64,000 nucleotides of DNA, taken from the NCBI RefSeq assembly GCF_024298765.1, contig NZ_CP101210.1, one strand, 5' to 3'. Both the position numbers and the translations under genes were made by a program. Shown piece by piece: positions 34,126-43,261 of this stretch. The stretch comes from Escherichia coli (GTDB taxonomy: Bacteria; Pseudomonadota; Gammaproteobacteria; Enterobacterales; Enterobacteriaceae). Numbering within the stretch: position 1 is the first letter of the stretch; the number at the start of each line of letters is the position of its first letter. The notes below the pieces were generated by a model. The model was not told where the DNA came from and ran no database searches. It worked only from the letters and a program-made list of their open reading frames with translations.

Positions 34126-36063
34126 TCAGTAACGACGTCCCCATTCCGTGGCGCTCATCAACGTCGGTTTATCCCCCATGAAATAGCGGTAGTAAGCGTC
34201 ATAAGCCAGCACGTTCTTCACATAACCGCGCGTCTCGGAGAACGGAATACTCTCGACAAATGCCACAGCGTCGATACGCCCGGCGCTGTTGCCAAGCCAG
34301 GTTCGCACCCGTCCAGGTCCGGCGTTATAAGCTGCTGAGGAGAAAATACGGTTATTGCCAAACTGCTGATAAACATATTGCAGGTAACTGGTGCCAATGT
34401 TGATGTTCGTTTCCGGATCCAGCAATTGCCCAGGGCTGCTATAACCAGGAATAGAGAACATCTTCACCGTATGGGTCGCCGTGCCCGGCATAATCTGCAT
34501 CAGGCCGCTGGCCCCTACCGGTGATTTCACTTTCGGATTCCAGGCGCTCTCCTGACGGGCAATCGCCATCGCATAGCTTTGCGGGATCTCCTTCCCACTG
34601 GTGTAACGTTTGAAAAGATCGTTGTAGGCCAGCGGGAACCTCTCTTCCAGATGATCCCAAAGCTTCCCGGCGATCGTTGCCTGAACGCTAAGATCCCACC
34701 ATTGGTTATTGAAAGCATACCGAGCCAGTTGCGCCTGCTCTGTTTTTGACTTGCTCTTCACCAGATTGGCCCACTCGCTACGCGCGGTATTATCGAGATT
34801 CCAGTACATCAACTCGCGCACGCGCGCCATCTCCGGCCCCTGAGTCAGGGCGCTGTCAACATTCTGCGGCGCTTTATCAATCTTCAGCTCATACTCTTCA
34901 CCGATGCGTTGTGCTGCAACCATCGGGTAGAAACCACGCTGTTGCATGAGTTGATGCAAAATCTCTTTTGCTTCAGCTTCACGTCCGCGTTCCAGCAGTA
35001 AATCCGCCTGCCAGTAACGCCATTCATCTTTCTCTTTCGCCTCCATCGGCAAACGCGCCAGCCAGGTATTCAGGCCGCGACGATCGCCGGTGCCAAGCGC
35101 CATTCGCACGCGCCGTTCAATAAGCGAAGTAGATTGCGAACGCATAATGGCGTCATCGCGCCATTTCGCCTGCTCATCGGTGACATCATTGCCCATCAAA
35201 CGCCAGGCGACGATATCGCGCAGCTCCTGAATCTGATCTTCATTAAGCTGCTGCGCCTGGGCAAGCGACGGGATCATCAGCCGTGCATTTTCAGCATCCT
35301 GCCGCGCCACACTGGCAAACGCCACCGCCGCCATTTGACGGGTAAAATCGGTCGCTCCGGTTGTACGCGCGAAGGTCAGTACCGTATTAGGGTTGTTCGC
35401 CAGTGAAATGATTGCCGAGGCGATAGTCTGGTAATCGGCAGGCATCTGCCCTGCCAGCACTGTTACGAGTCCAGTGTTACCCGCTTTCATCGCCAGACGG
35501 ATACGCTCTAAATACGCCAGCGGATCTTGTTTACCTGACGCACGCCAGACGCTAAATAACTTGTCACAGGCGTTAGGCTGGCTCTTGCCGGTTAGCCACA
35601 GCTCTTTCGCCCCTTGCCAGGCTTCTTCACTCTGCCCGGTGTTCCATTTCGCATAGTAGTAATTACATTGCGCTTCGGTAGTTCCGGGCTTTTCCGGACT
35701 AAAGGCTAACAAGCCACGCCAGTCTTCACGCCGCGCCAGTTCATTGACGAAACGAGATTGCAGCGTGCGAGCGGGAGGAAGCGTGGGGTTAGCGCGAACA
35801 AAGTTAGTCACCGTCACCGCCGGTTGATTCATCAGGTCATCGGTGATCTGGCGGTATTCCAGGTAGGGATAAAGCGGATAATCCTTCAGTCCAGGCATCA
35901 TTTGTTCGACCACATCCATTTGTCGATTATCCCAGGCCTGCTTGATTTGGGCGTAGCGGCTACGCTGCTCATCCAGTGAGTCGGCTCGCGCCACGCTGCT
36001 GACCGTCAGCAGACAGACACCGGCAGCCAACAGCCGCCAGGTAACTTGTTTGGCTTTTTCCAC
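34126..36063 (-). CDS. slt: soluble lytic murein transglycosylase Slt70
   Basis: ORF 34126..36093; probable GTG start at VEKAKQVTWRLLAAGVCLLTVSSVARA (signal peptide); C-terminal lysozyme-like domain. Confidence 0.93.
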   Translation of the reverse strand: MEKAKQVTWRLLAAGVCLLTVSSVARADSLDEQRSRYAQIKQAWDNRQMDVVEQMMPGLKDYPLYPYLEYRQITDDLMNQPAVTVTNFVRANPTLPPARTLQSRFVNELARREDWRGLLAFSPEKPGTTEAQCNYYYAKWNTGQSEEAWQGAKELWLTGKSQPNACDKLFSVWRASGKQDPLAYLERIRLAMKAGNTGLVTVLAGQMPADYQTIASAIISLANNPNTVLTFARTTGATDFTRQMAAVAFASVARQDAENARLMIPSLAQAQQLNEDQIQELRDIVAWRLMGNDVTDEQAKWRDDAIMRSQSTSLIERRVRMALGTGDRRGLNTWLARLPMEAKEKDEWRYWQADLLLERGREAEAKEILHQLMQQRGFYPMVAAQRIGEEYELKIDKAPQNVDSALTQGPEMARVRELMYWNLDNTARSEWANLVKSKSKTEQAQLARYAFNNQWWDLSVQATIAGKLWDHLEERFPLAYNDLFKRYTSGKEIPQSYAMAIARQESAWNPKVKSPVGASGLMQIMPGTATHTVKMFSIPGYSSPGQLLDPETNINIGTSYLQYVYQQFGNNRIFSSAAYNAGPGRVRTWLGNSAGRIDAVAFVESIPFSETRGYVKNVLAYDAYYRYFMGDKPTLMSATEWGRRY

Positions 36064-36171
36064 AAGCGCATCCTCTAAGTGTAAATACATCAATGCAGCG
36101 TCATGCCGCGTAATAGATTTATGCTAACCAGTCATTGCCGTTTACGCCACGTTACGGACACTTTTTTACTT

Positions 36172-36300
36172 TTATACTCTAAATAATTCGAGTTGCAGGA
36201 AGGCGATAAGTGAGTGAGTCCCCAGGAGCTTACAGAAGTAAGTGACTGGGGTGAGCGAGCGTAAGCGCAGCACATGCAACTTGAAGTATGACGAGTATAC
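36172..36300. repeat. ERIC (IRU) intergenic repeat element
   Basis: gtgagtccccaggagcttacagaagtaagtgactggggtgagcgagcg...gcaacttgaagtatgacgagtat matches the ERIC consensus core. Confidence 0.75.
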
Positions 36301-36398
36301 TGCGAGGGTGATCGACCGGCTGGGATTAGATAAGGAAACAGGCTACACTTCGCCTTTGAAAACTCATCATCACGATAAACATAGAGGCGAAGTCCAAC

Positions 36399-38066
36399 GT
36401 GGCTCAATTCGTTTATACCATGCATCGTGTCGGCAAAGTTGTTCCGCCGAAACGTCATATTTTGAAAAACATCTCTCTGAGTTTCTTCCCTGGGGCAAAA
36501 ATTGGTGTCCTGGGTCTGAACGGCGCGGGTAAGTCCACCCTGCTGCGCATTATGGCGGGCATTGATAAAGACATCGAAGGCGAAGCGCGTCCGCAACCGG
36601 ATATCAAGATTGGTTATCTGCCGCAGGAACCGCAGCTGAACCCGGAACACACCGTGCGTGAGTCCATTGAAGAAGCGGTTTCTGAAGTGGTTAACGCCCT
36701 GAAACGCCTAGATGAAGTGTATGCGCTGTACGCCGATCCGGATGCCGATTTTGACAAGCTGGCCGCTGAACAAGGCCGTCTGGAAGAGATCATTCAGGCT
36801 CACGACGGTCACAACCTGAACGTTCAGCTGGAGCGTGCGGCGGATGCGCTGCGTCTGCCGGACTGGGACGCGAAAATCGCTAACCTCTCCGGTGGTGAGC
36901 GTCGTCGCGTGGCGTTGTGCCGCCTGCTGCTGGAAAAACCAGACATGCTGCTGCTCGACGAACCGACGAACCACCTGGATGCCGAATCCGTGGCGTGGCT
37001 GGAACGCTTCCTGCACGACTTCGAAGGCACCGTTGTGGCGATTACCCACGACCGTTACTTCCTCGATAACGTGGCGGGCTGGATCCTCGAACTGGACCGT
37101 GGTGAAGGTATTCCGTGGGAAGGTAACTACTCCTCCTGGCTGGAGCAGAAAGATCAACGTCTGGCGCAGGAAGCTTCACAAGAAGCTGCGCGTCGTAAGT
37201 CGATTGAGAAAGAGCTGGAGTGGGTACGTCAGGGGACTAAAGGCCGTCAGTCGAAAGGTAAAGCACGTCTGGCGCGTTTTGAAGAGCTGAACAGCACCGA
37301 ATATCAGAAACGTAACGAAACCAACGAACTGTTTATTCCACCGGGACCGCGTCTTGGCGATAAAGTGCTGGAAGTCAACAACCTGCGTAAATCCTATGGC
37401 GATCGTCTGCTGATTGATGACCTGAGCTTCTCGATCCCGAAAGGAGCGATCGTCGGGATCATCGGTCCGAACGGTGCGGGTAAATCGACCCTGTTCCGTA
37501 TGATCTCCGGTCAGGAACAGCCGGACAGCGGCACCATCACTTTAGGTGAAACGGTGAAACTGGCATCGGTTGATCAGTTCCGTGACTCAATGGATAACAG
37601 CAAAACCGTTTGGGAAGAAGTTTCCGGCGGGCTGGATATCATGAAGATCGGCAACACCGAGATGCCAAGCCGTGCCTACGTTGGCCGCTTTAACTTTAAA
37701 GGGGTTGATCAGGGTAAACGCGTTGGTGAACTCTCCGGCGGTGAGCGCGGTCGTCTGCATCTGGCGAAGCTGCTGCAAGTTGGCGGCAACATGCTGCTGC
37801 TCGACGAACCGACCAACGACCTGGATATCGAAACCCTGCGTGCGCTGGAAAACGCCCTGCTGGAGTTCCCGGGCTGCGCGATGGTTATCTCGCACGACCG
37901 TTGGTTCCTCGACCGTATCGCCACGCACATCCTGGACTACCAGGATGAAGGTAAAGTTGAGTTCTTCGAAGGTAACTTTACCGAGTACGAAGAGTACAAG
38001 AAACGCACGCTGGGCGCAGACGCGCTGGAGCCGAAGCGTATCAAGTACAAGCGTATTGCGAAGTAA
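36399..38066 (+). CDS. ettA: energy-dependent translational throttle ABC-F ATPase EttA (YjjK)
   Basis: 555 aa MAQFVYTMHRVGKVVPPKRHILKNISLSFFPGAKIGVLGLNGAGKSTLLRIMAG..., two ABC cassettes. Confidence 0.96.
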   Translation: MAQFVYTMHRVGKVVPPKRHILKNISLSFFPGAKIGVLGLNGAGKSTLLRIMAGIDKDIEGEARPQPDIKIGYLPQEPQLNPEHTVRESIEEAVSEVVNALKRLDEVYALYADPDADFDKLAAEQGRLEEIIQAHDGHNLNVQLERAADALRLPDWDAKIANLSGGERRRVALCRLLLEKPDMLLLDEPTNHLDAESVAWLERFLHDFEGTVVAITHDRYFLDNVAGWILELDRGEGIPWEGNYSSWLEQKDQRLAQEASQEAARRKSIEKELEWVRQGTKGRQSKGKARLARFEELNSTEYQKRNETNELFIPPGPRLGDKVLEVNNLRKSYGDRLLIDDLSFSIPKGAIVGIIGPNGAGKSTLFRMISGQEQPDSGTITLGETVKLASVDQFRDSMDNSKTVWEEVSGGLDIMKIGNTEMPSRAYVGRFNFKGVDQGKRVGELSGGERGRLHLAKLLQVGGNMLLLDEPTNDLDIETLRALENALLEFPGCAMVISHDRWFLDRIATHILDYQDEGKVEFFEGNFTEYEEYKKRTLGADALEPKRIKYKRIAK

Positions 38067-38076
38067 TGCGTAAAAT

Positions 38077-38108
38077 GCCGGATGCGGCGCGCCAGCATCG
38101 CATCCGGT
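38077..38108. terminator. hairpin terminator downstream of ettA (REP-like)
   Basis: gccggatgcggcgcgccagcatcgcatccggt inverted repeat 11 nt after the ettA stop. Confidence 0.45.
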
Positions 38109-38121
38109 ATTAGTTAAATGA

Positions 38122-38406
38122 TTAATGGGAGGCAAGTTCCCGGAAAAAGGCAGGATTTTCTTTAATTGTGGCAAGTACTTTTGCAGCCAATCCCGTAGGA
38201 TTTCTTCGCTTCGATTCCCAGCTTTTAATGGTATCCACACTGGTTCCCAGAGCTTTTGCCATCTCACTTTGCGAAACGTTGAGTTGCTCACGAATAGCTT
38301 TAACATCCGCAATTTCGTAGCGGGTCACCCGTGCAGGTTCTTTTAAACCTTGTTTAATCTCGACAGCCTCTTCCAGAGAGGTTTTCAACTCATCAAAAAA
38401 ACTCAT
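38122..38406 (-). CDS. HigA-2-like antitoxin with C-terminal XRE-type HTH
   Basis: 94 aa MSFFDELKTSLEEAVEIKQGL...IREQLNVSQSEMAKALGTSVDTIKSWESKRRNPTGLAAKVLATI; XRE-type HTH with the W-E-x-x-R-R-x-P turn seen in HigA/MqsA-type antitoxins; start 1 nt after the toxin stop. Confidence 0.75.
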   Translation of the reverse strand: MSFFDELKTSLEEAVEIKQGLKEPARVTRYEIADVKAIREQLNVSQSEMAKALGTSVDTIKSWESKRRNPTGLAAKVLATIKENPAFFRELASH

Positions 38407-38407
38407 T

Positions 38408-38740
38408 TTATATCTCGCCTTTGAGCAGTTTCGTCAACTTCTTTAGTTGAGCTTTTTCCGTATCTGTCAGACTATCTTTGGCATTTTTCGGATAGGCCAT
38501 AATCAAATAAATAATCTCTTCCGTCGCCAGAAAGTAAATTATTCTGACACTGCCACTTTTTCCCTGTGAACCCGCAACCATTCGGACTTTACGCAATCCA
38601 CCAGTCTGCTGAATGAGATCACCTTTATCGGGAGTTCCGATGAGTTCTTTTTGCAATTCCTTTAATTCATCATCGGTTGCAATCTGCTTGATCTGACGCG
38701 TAAACATTGGCGTCTCTATAAATATTATCGCCTTACCCAT
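38408..38740 (-). CDS. HigB-2-like toxin (RelE/ParE superfamily)
   Basis: ORF 38408..38818; likely start MGKAIIFIETPMFTRQIK preceded by GGGAGGGG RBS (110 aa); conserved core LIQQTGGLRKVR...GSVRIIYF...IIYLIMAYPKNAKDSLTDTEKAQLKKL resembles Vibrio cholerae HigB-2 as recalled from memory. Confidence 0.75.
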   Translation of the reverse strand: MGKAIIFIETPMFTRQIKQIATDDELKELQKELIGTPDKGDLIQQTGGLRKVRMVAGSQGKSGSVRIIYFLATEEIIYLIMAYPKNAKDSLTDTEKAQLKKLTKLLKGEI

Positions 38741-38757
38741 TACCCCTCCCTGGCAGG

Positions 38758-38768
38758 TACATTGTACA
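38758..38768. promoter_or_regulatory. GTACA-N-TGTAC inverted repeat upstream of the toxin gene; candidate operator
   Basis: Palindrome gtacattgtac about 20 nt upstream of the toxin ATG, with a further GTACA copy near 38786. Confidence 0.35.
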
Positions 38769-38831
38769 CCAAAATGGAGTGCTAAGTACACTTTTGAATC
38801 AGTAATCCCACTCAACATCTTATAAAGATGA

Positions 38832-40064
38832 TTATCTTTGCTCCCCCATCATCTCCCGCACCAGCTCTACGCAGCGCAGGAAACGGCTGTCATAATCGTC
38901 TTCTTCAACCCGCACAAATTCGATATTGTTCTCTTCCAGCATCTCCACCAGCAAGTTCTGGAACTCTTTGCGATCCACCGAACTGCCGAGGCTGCGTAAA
39001 CCATCCGCCACCCAAGGGGTGTTGTTCTCCAGCAAGATAACCAGATCAAAACGGTATTCATCGATCAGCGCCTGCACGAACGGATGCTCCCGCCCTTCGT
39101 ACTTTTTGCAGAACGCCTGGGTAGTGACAAAATCAGTGTCGATAAACGCCACTTTATTGGCATATTTCACTGCAAAATCAATGTATTGTGCGTGTCCCAG
39201 CGCGATTTTATCGTAGTCGGAATACTGCAATGCGATCTCATCACCGCCGAGGTGTGAAAAGACATAATCGCGACCATATTCCCACGCACTGGTGGTATTG
39301 AAGATATTGGCAAGTTTGTTTACCAGGGTGGATTTACCGCTCGACTCGCCGCCAAGGATCGCCACGGTACGCACAAAAAACGGCTTCACTTCAGTGGGGA
39401 TATATTCCCAGTAGCGGAACGGGTTTTCGCGGATCTGCGCACCGCTGATACTCATAAAGGTGCGTTTCGGATCGACCAGCACCGTTTCGATCCCCAGATG
39501 TTCCATATACTGTGGCGCATCGGCTTCTTCCGAGGTGTAGATCAGGTCCGGCTGGATCCCCTTTTCAGCCATAAACTTTTTGATGCCGTTGCTCCACACA
39601 TCCCAGCCGTGCGGATACGGCTCCATGCCCTCTTCGTTGAAGGCATGAATACGGATATTTTTCTGATATTTAAAGGTTTGCAATAACCAGCGCAGACGAT
39701 CCGGCACGGTGGGCTGCTGCGACATGGCGCTGTCTTCAAACAACGCGCGGTCGCGGGTATCGTCAAAGCCCATAATGATATGCAGCTCGTCAACCTGGCT
39801 ACAGGCGCGCTGGATAAGGTAGATATGTCCGGTATGTAGCGGGTAGAACTTACCGAATACGACACCAATGGTTTTCTTTTGGCGGGGAAATTCAAGCCCC
39901 AAAAAACGGTGCAACGCCTCCAGCTTTTGCGCGCTGGGGCTTTTAATTTTGGCATTCAGTAACTGGCTTAAATACCCTTTGGTCATACCGCTGGCATCAG
40001 CTACCTGCTGTAGCGTGCAGCCCTGTTGCTTGATGGCAGTTTTCAGGTAATCAAATGACGACAT
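38832..40064 (-). CDS. nadR: bifunctional NMN adenylyltransferase / ribosylnicotinamide kinase / repressor NadR
   Basis: ORF 38832..40085; known start MSSFDYLKTAIKQQGCTLQQVADASGMTKGYLSQLL at an internal ATG; 410 aa. Confidence 0.95.
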   Translation of the reverse strand: MSSFDYLKTAIKQQGCTLQQVADASGMTKGYLSQLLNAKIKSPSAQKLEALHRFLGLEFPRQKKTIGVVFGKFYPLHTGHIYLIQRACSQVDELHIIMGFDDTRDRALFEDSAMSQQPTVPDRLRWLLQTFKYQKNIRIHAFNEEGMEPYPHGWDVWSNGIKKFMAEKGIQPDLIYTSEEADAPQYMEHLGIETVLVDPKRTFMSISGAQIRENPFRYWEYIPTEVKPFFVRTVAILGGESSGKSTLVNKLANIFNTTSAWEYGRDYVFSHLGGDEIALQYSDYDKIALGHAQYIDFAVKYANKVAFIDTDFVTTQAFCKKYEGREHPFVQALIDEYRFDLVILLENNTPWVADGLRSLGSSVDRKEFQNLLVEMLEENNIEFVRVEEDDYDSRFLRCVELVREMMGEQR

Positions 40065-40084
40065 ATCTCCCTCCGTATCTCTCA

Positions 40085-41467
40085 TTATAAGTCGTCGAAC
40101 ACGCTAAGCGCGTCGGAGAGTTTTTTAACGCCAAAAATCTGCATCCCTTCCGGCGCTTTTTTCGGCACGTTAGCCGCCGGAACAATCGCCCGCCGAAAAC
40201 CGTGTTTCGCCGCTTCAGAGATTCGTTCCTGGCCGCTGGGCACCGGGCGGATCTCCCCTGCCAGCCCGACTTCACCAAACACCACCAGATCCTGCGGCAG
40301 CGGTCTGTCGCGCAGGCTGGAAACCATCGCCAGCAGTAACGCTAAGTCGGCGCTGGTTTCCGTCACCTTCACGCCGCCGACCACGTTAACAAATACATCC
40401 TGATCGGCCATTTGCAACCCACCGTGACGGTGCAGCACCGCCAGCAGGATTGCCAGACGGTTTTGCTCCAGCCCCACTGCCACGCGGCGTGGGTTCGCCA
40501 TCATCGAGTGATCGACCAATGCCTGAATCTCCACCAGCAGTGGACGCGTTCCTTCCCATACCACCATCACTGAGCTACCGGAGGTCACTTCATCACCGCG
40601 GCTTAAAAAGATGGCGGAAGGGTTGCTAACTTCACGCAGCCCCTGTTCGGTCATCGCGAAGACGCCCAGCTCATTCACCGCGCCGAAGCGGTTTTTATGG
40701 CTGCGTAAGGTGCGAAAACGGGAGTCGGCATCGCCATCCAGAAGCACTGAACAGTCGATACAGTGTTCCAGCACTTTAGGGCCAGCCAGCGAGCCATCTT
40801 TGGTTACGTGCCCCACCATGACAATCGCCACGCCGCGCGTTTTGGCGAAGCGCGTCAGATAAGCCGCCGTTTCACGCACCTGCGCCACGCTGCCAGGCGA
40901 TGATTGTACATCCGCCATATGCATCACCTGGATCGAGTCAATTACCATCAGCTTCGGTTGCTCTTCTTCGGCAATCAGGCAGATTTGTTCGATGCTGGTT
41001 TCCGACAACATATTGAGATTGTCAGTCGGCAGGCCAAGGCGATGAGCGCGCATTGCCACCTGTTGCAGCGACTCTTCGCCAGTGACATACAGCGTTTTCA
41101 TCTGCTGCGCCAGTTTGCACAGCGTTTGCAACAGCAGCGTGGATTTCCCGGCACCTGGGTTACCGCCAATCAGAATGGCACTTCCCGGCACCACGCCGCC
41201 GCCTAGTACGCGGTCGAACTCTTTAAATCCGGTGGAAAAACGCGGCAGCTCTTCAAGGCTGATGTCGGAAAGTTTCTGGACTTTTGCCACTCCGGCGCTA
41301 CCGGCATAGCCACTGAGACGCTCGTTACGCGCCACCGTTGGCGACGCAGCAAGACGCACCTCGGTGATGGTGTTCCAGGCATGACAGGCGCTGCACTGCC
41401 CCTGCCAGCGCGGATAATCGGCCCCGCATTCATTACAAACAAAGGCGCGTTTTGGAGCTTTTGCCAC
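40085..41467 (-). CDS. radA: DNA repair protein RadA (Sms)
   Basis: ORF 40085..41515; probable GTG start at VAKAPKRAFVCNECGADYPRWQGQCSACHAWNT; 460 aa; Walker A GNPGAGKST. Confidence 0.94.
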   Translation of the reverse strand: MAKAPKRAFVCNECGADYPRWQGQCSACHAWNTITEVRLAASPTVARNERLSGYAGSAGVAKVQKLSDISLEELPRFSTGFKEFDRVLGGGVVPGSAILIGGNPGAGKSTLLLQTLCKLAQQMKTLYVTGEESLQQVAMRAHRLGLPTDNLNMLSETSIEQICLIAEEEQPKLMVIDSIQVMHMADVQSSPGSVAQVRETAAYLTRFAKTRGVAIVMVGHVTKDGSLAGPKVLEHCIDCSVLLDGDADSRFRTLRSHKNRFGAVNELGVFAMTEQGLREVSNPSAIFLSRGDEVTSGSSVMVVWEGTRPLLVEIQALVDHSMMANPRRVAVGLEQNRLAILLAVLHRHGGLQMADQDVFVNVVGGVKVTETSADLALLLAMVSSLRDRPLPQDLVVFGEVGLAGEIRPVPSGQERISEAAKHGFRRAIVPAANVPKKAPEGMQIFGVKKLSDALSVFDDL

Positions 41468-41515
41468 GGTGTACCTCGTTAATGCTGTGCCGCCCGCAGG
41501 ATGACGGGCAGGCAA

Positions 41516-42484
41516 TTACTTCTGATTCAGGCTGCCAGAGAGGATGCAGAATACACCCATCAGGTCAGCGTGACGGATGGTGACTTCCGTTTTTTCATTC
41601 ACTTTTGGCTTGGCATGGTAGGCAATCCCCAGCCCTGCCGCTTTGATCATCGGCAGGTCATTGGCTCCATCGCCAATCGCCACGGTCTGCGCCAGCGGGA
41701 TTTCATACTCCTGCGCGAGGCGAGTCAGAGTTTTCGCTTTGTACTGCGCGTCAACGATGTCGCCGATCACATTGCCGGTAAATTTACCGTCCATGATCTC
41801 CAGTTCATTGGCTACCACGGCTGTCAGGCGCAGCTTGTCGCGCAGGTATTCAGCAAAGAAAGTAAAGCCGCCGGAGGCAATCGCCACTTTCCAGCCCAGC
41901 GTTTCCAGCTTGAGTACCAGCTGCGTTAAGCCTGGCATCATCGGCAGATTTTCACGCACCTGTTGCAGGATATTGGCGTCAGCGCCTTTCAGCGTCGCCA
42001 CACGGCTGCGCAGGCTGGCGGTAAAATCGAGTTCGCCGCGCATCGCCCGTTCGGTTACCTCCGCCACCCTCTCGCCCGTTCCGGCCAGTTTGGCAATTTC
42101 ATCAATACATTCAATCTGGATGGCGGTGGAATCCATGTCCATCACCAGCAAACCCGGCGTGCGCAGGTGCGGGATTTTCCCCAGCGGCGCGACATCCAGC
42201 TGCGCTTCGTGGGCCAGGCGCGTAGCCCGCGCGGTGAGTGAACCTGCCAGACGAATCACCTGATAATCTTCCACGCACCAGGCGGCAACAATCACCATCG
42301 CCGCGCCCAGTTTGCTCTGGTATTGGGTCAGACGTTGTTTATCCAGCCCACGACCATACAGCAGCCAGCCGCTACGACCTGCGTGGTAATCCAGTGGCAT
42401 CACTTCATCACCACTTAATGAAAGAGGCAGACCGGGCCATAAAGAGACATCTTCAGGCAGGTCGCACCAGGTAATGTTAGGCAT
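41516..42484 (-). CDS. serB: phosphoserine phosphatase
   Basis: ORF 41516..42622; known start MPNITWCDLPEDVSLWPGLPLSLSGDEV at an internal ATG; 322 aa; HAD motif DMDST. Confidence 0.95.
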   Translation of the reverse strand: MPNITWCDLPEDVSLWPGLPLSLSGDEVMPLDYHAGRSGWLLYGRGLDKQRLTQYQSKLGAAMVIVAAWCVEDYQVIRLAGSLTARATRLAHEAQLDVAPLGKIPHLRTPGLLVMDMDSTAIQIECIDEIAKLAGTGERVAEVTERAMRGELDFTASLRSRVATLKGADANILQQVRENLPMMPGLTQLVLKLETLGWKVAIASGGFTFFAEYLRDKLRLTAVVANELEIMDGKFTGNVIGDIVDAQYKAKTLTRLAQEYEIPLAQTVAIGDGANDLPMIKAAGLGIAYHAKPKVNEKTEVTIRHADLMGVFCILSGSLNQK

Positions 42485-42589
42485 TAAGGCTCCTGTAAAA
42501 TCGTTCGAAGCAGGGAAAATAACGCATGAGGCTACCTTGTATCCATTGCTTCTGGCAACATTAAGTCTCAAATTTTCAAAGGGTGGAAG

Positions 42590-43234
42590 ATGGCTCGCAC
42601 AAAACTGAAATTCCGGCTGCATCGGGCAGTGATTGTCCTGTTCTGTCTTGCCTTGTTAGTGGCGCTGATGCAGGGAGCGTCATGGTTTAGTCAAAACCAC
42701 CAGCGACAGCGTAATCCGCAGCTGGAAGAACTGGCCCGCACCCTGGCGCGTCAGGTGACGCTGAACGTTGCACCGCTGATGCGTACCGAGTCACCAGATG
42801 AAAAACGCATTCAGGCGATCCTCGATCAGTTAACGGATGAAAGCCGTATCCTCGACGCGGGCGTATATGATGAACAAGGCGATCTTATCGCCCGTTCTGG
42901 CGAAAGCGTCGACGTGCGCGACCGGCTGGCGCTCGACGGCAAAAAAGCGGGCGGCTATTTTAACCAGCAGATTGTCGAACCCATTGCGGGTAAAAACGGA
43001 CCGCTCGGCTATCTGCGCCTGACGCTCGACACCCATACGCTCGCCACCGAAGCCCAACAGGTGGATAACACCACTAACATTTTACGCCTGATGTTGCTGC
43101 TCTCGCTGGCAATCGGCGTAGTGCTGACCCGCACGCTGCTACAGGGTAAACGCACCCGCTGGCAGCAATCGCCCTTCCTGTTAACCGCCAGTAAACCGGT
43201 GCCGGAAGAGGAAGAAAGCGAGAAAAAAGAGTGA
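42590..43234 (+). CDS. ytjB: SMP-family membrane protein (YtjB)
   Basis: 214 aa MARTKLKFRLHRAVIVLFCLALLVALMQGASWF... Confidence 0.9.
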   Translation: MARTKLKFRLHRAVIVLFCLALLVALMQGASWFSQNHQRQRNPQLEELARTLARQVTLNVAPLMRTESPDEKRIQAILDQLTDESRILDAGVYDEQGDLIARSGESVDVRDRLALDGKKAGGYFNQQIVEPIAGKNGPLGYLRLTLDTHTLATEAQQVDNTTNILRLMLLLSLAIGVVLTRTLLQGKRTRWQQSPFLLTASKPVPEEEESEKKE

Positions 43235-43261
43235 CCCATTACTACAAGAAAGGAAATCGTT

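Noticed and set aside
36132-36650. 172-aa minus-strand ORF and 96-aa plus-strand ORF in the slt-ettA intergenic region
   Set aside because: Both span the ERIC repeat and the ettA 5' end; best explained as repeat-derived open frames, not genes.
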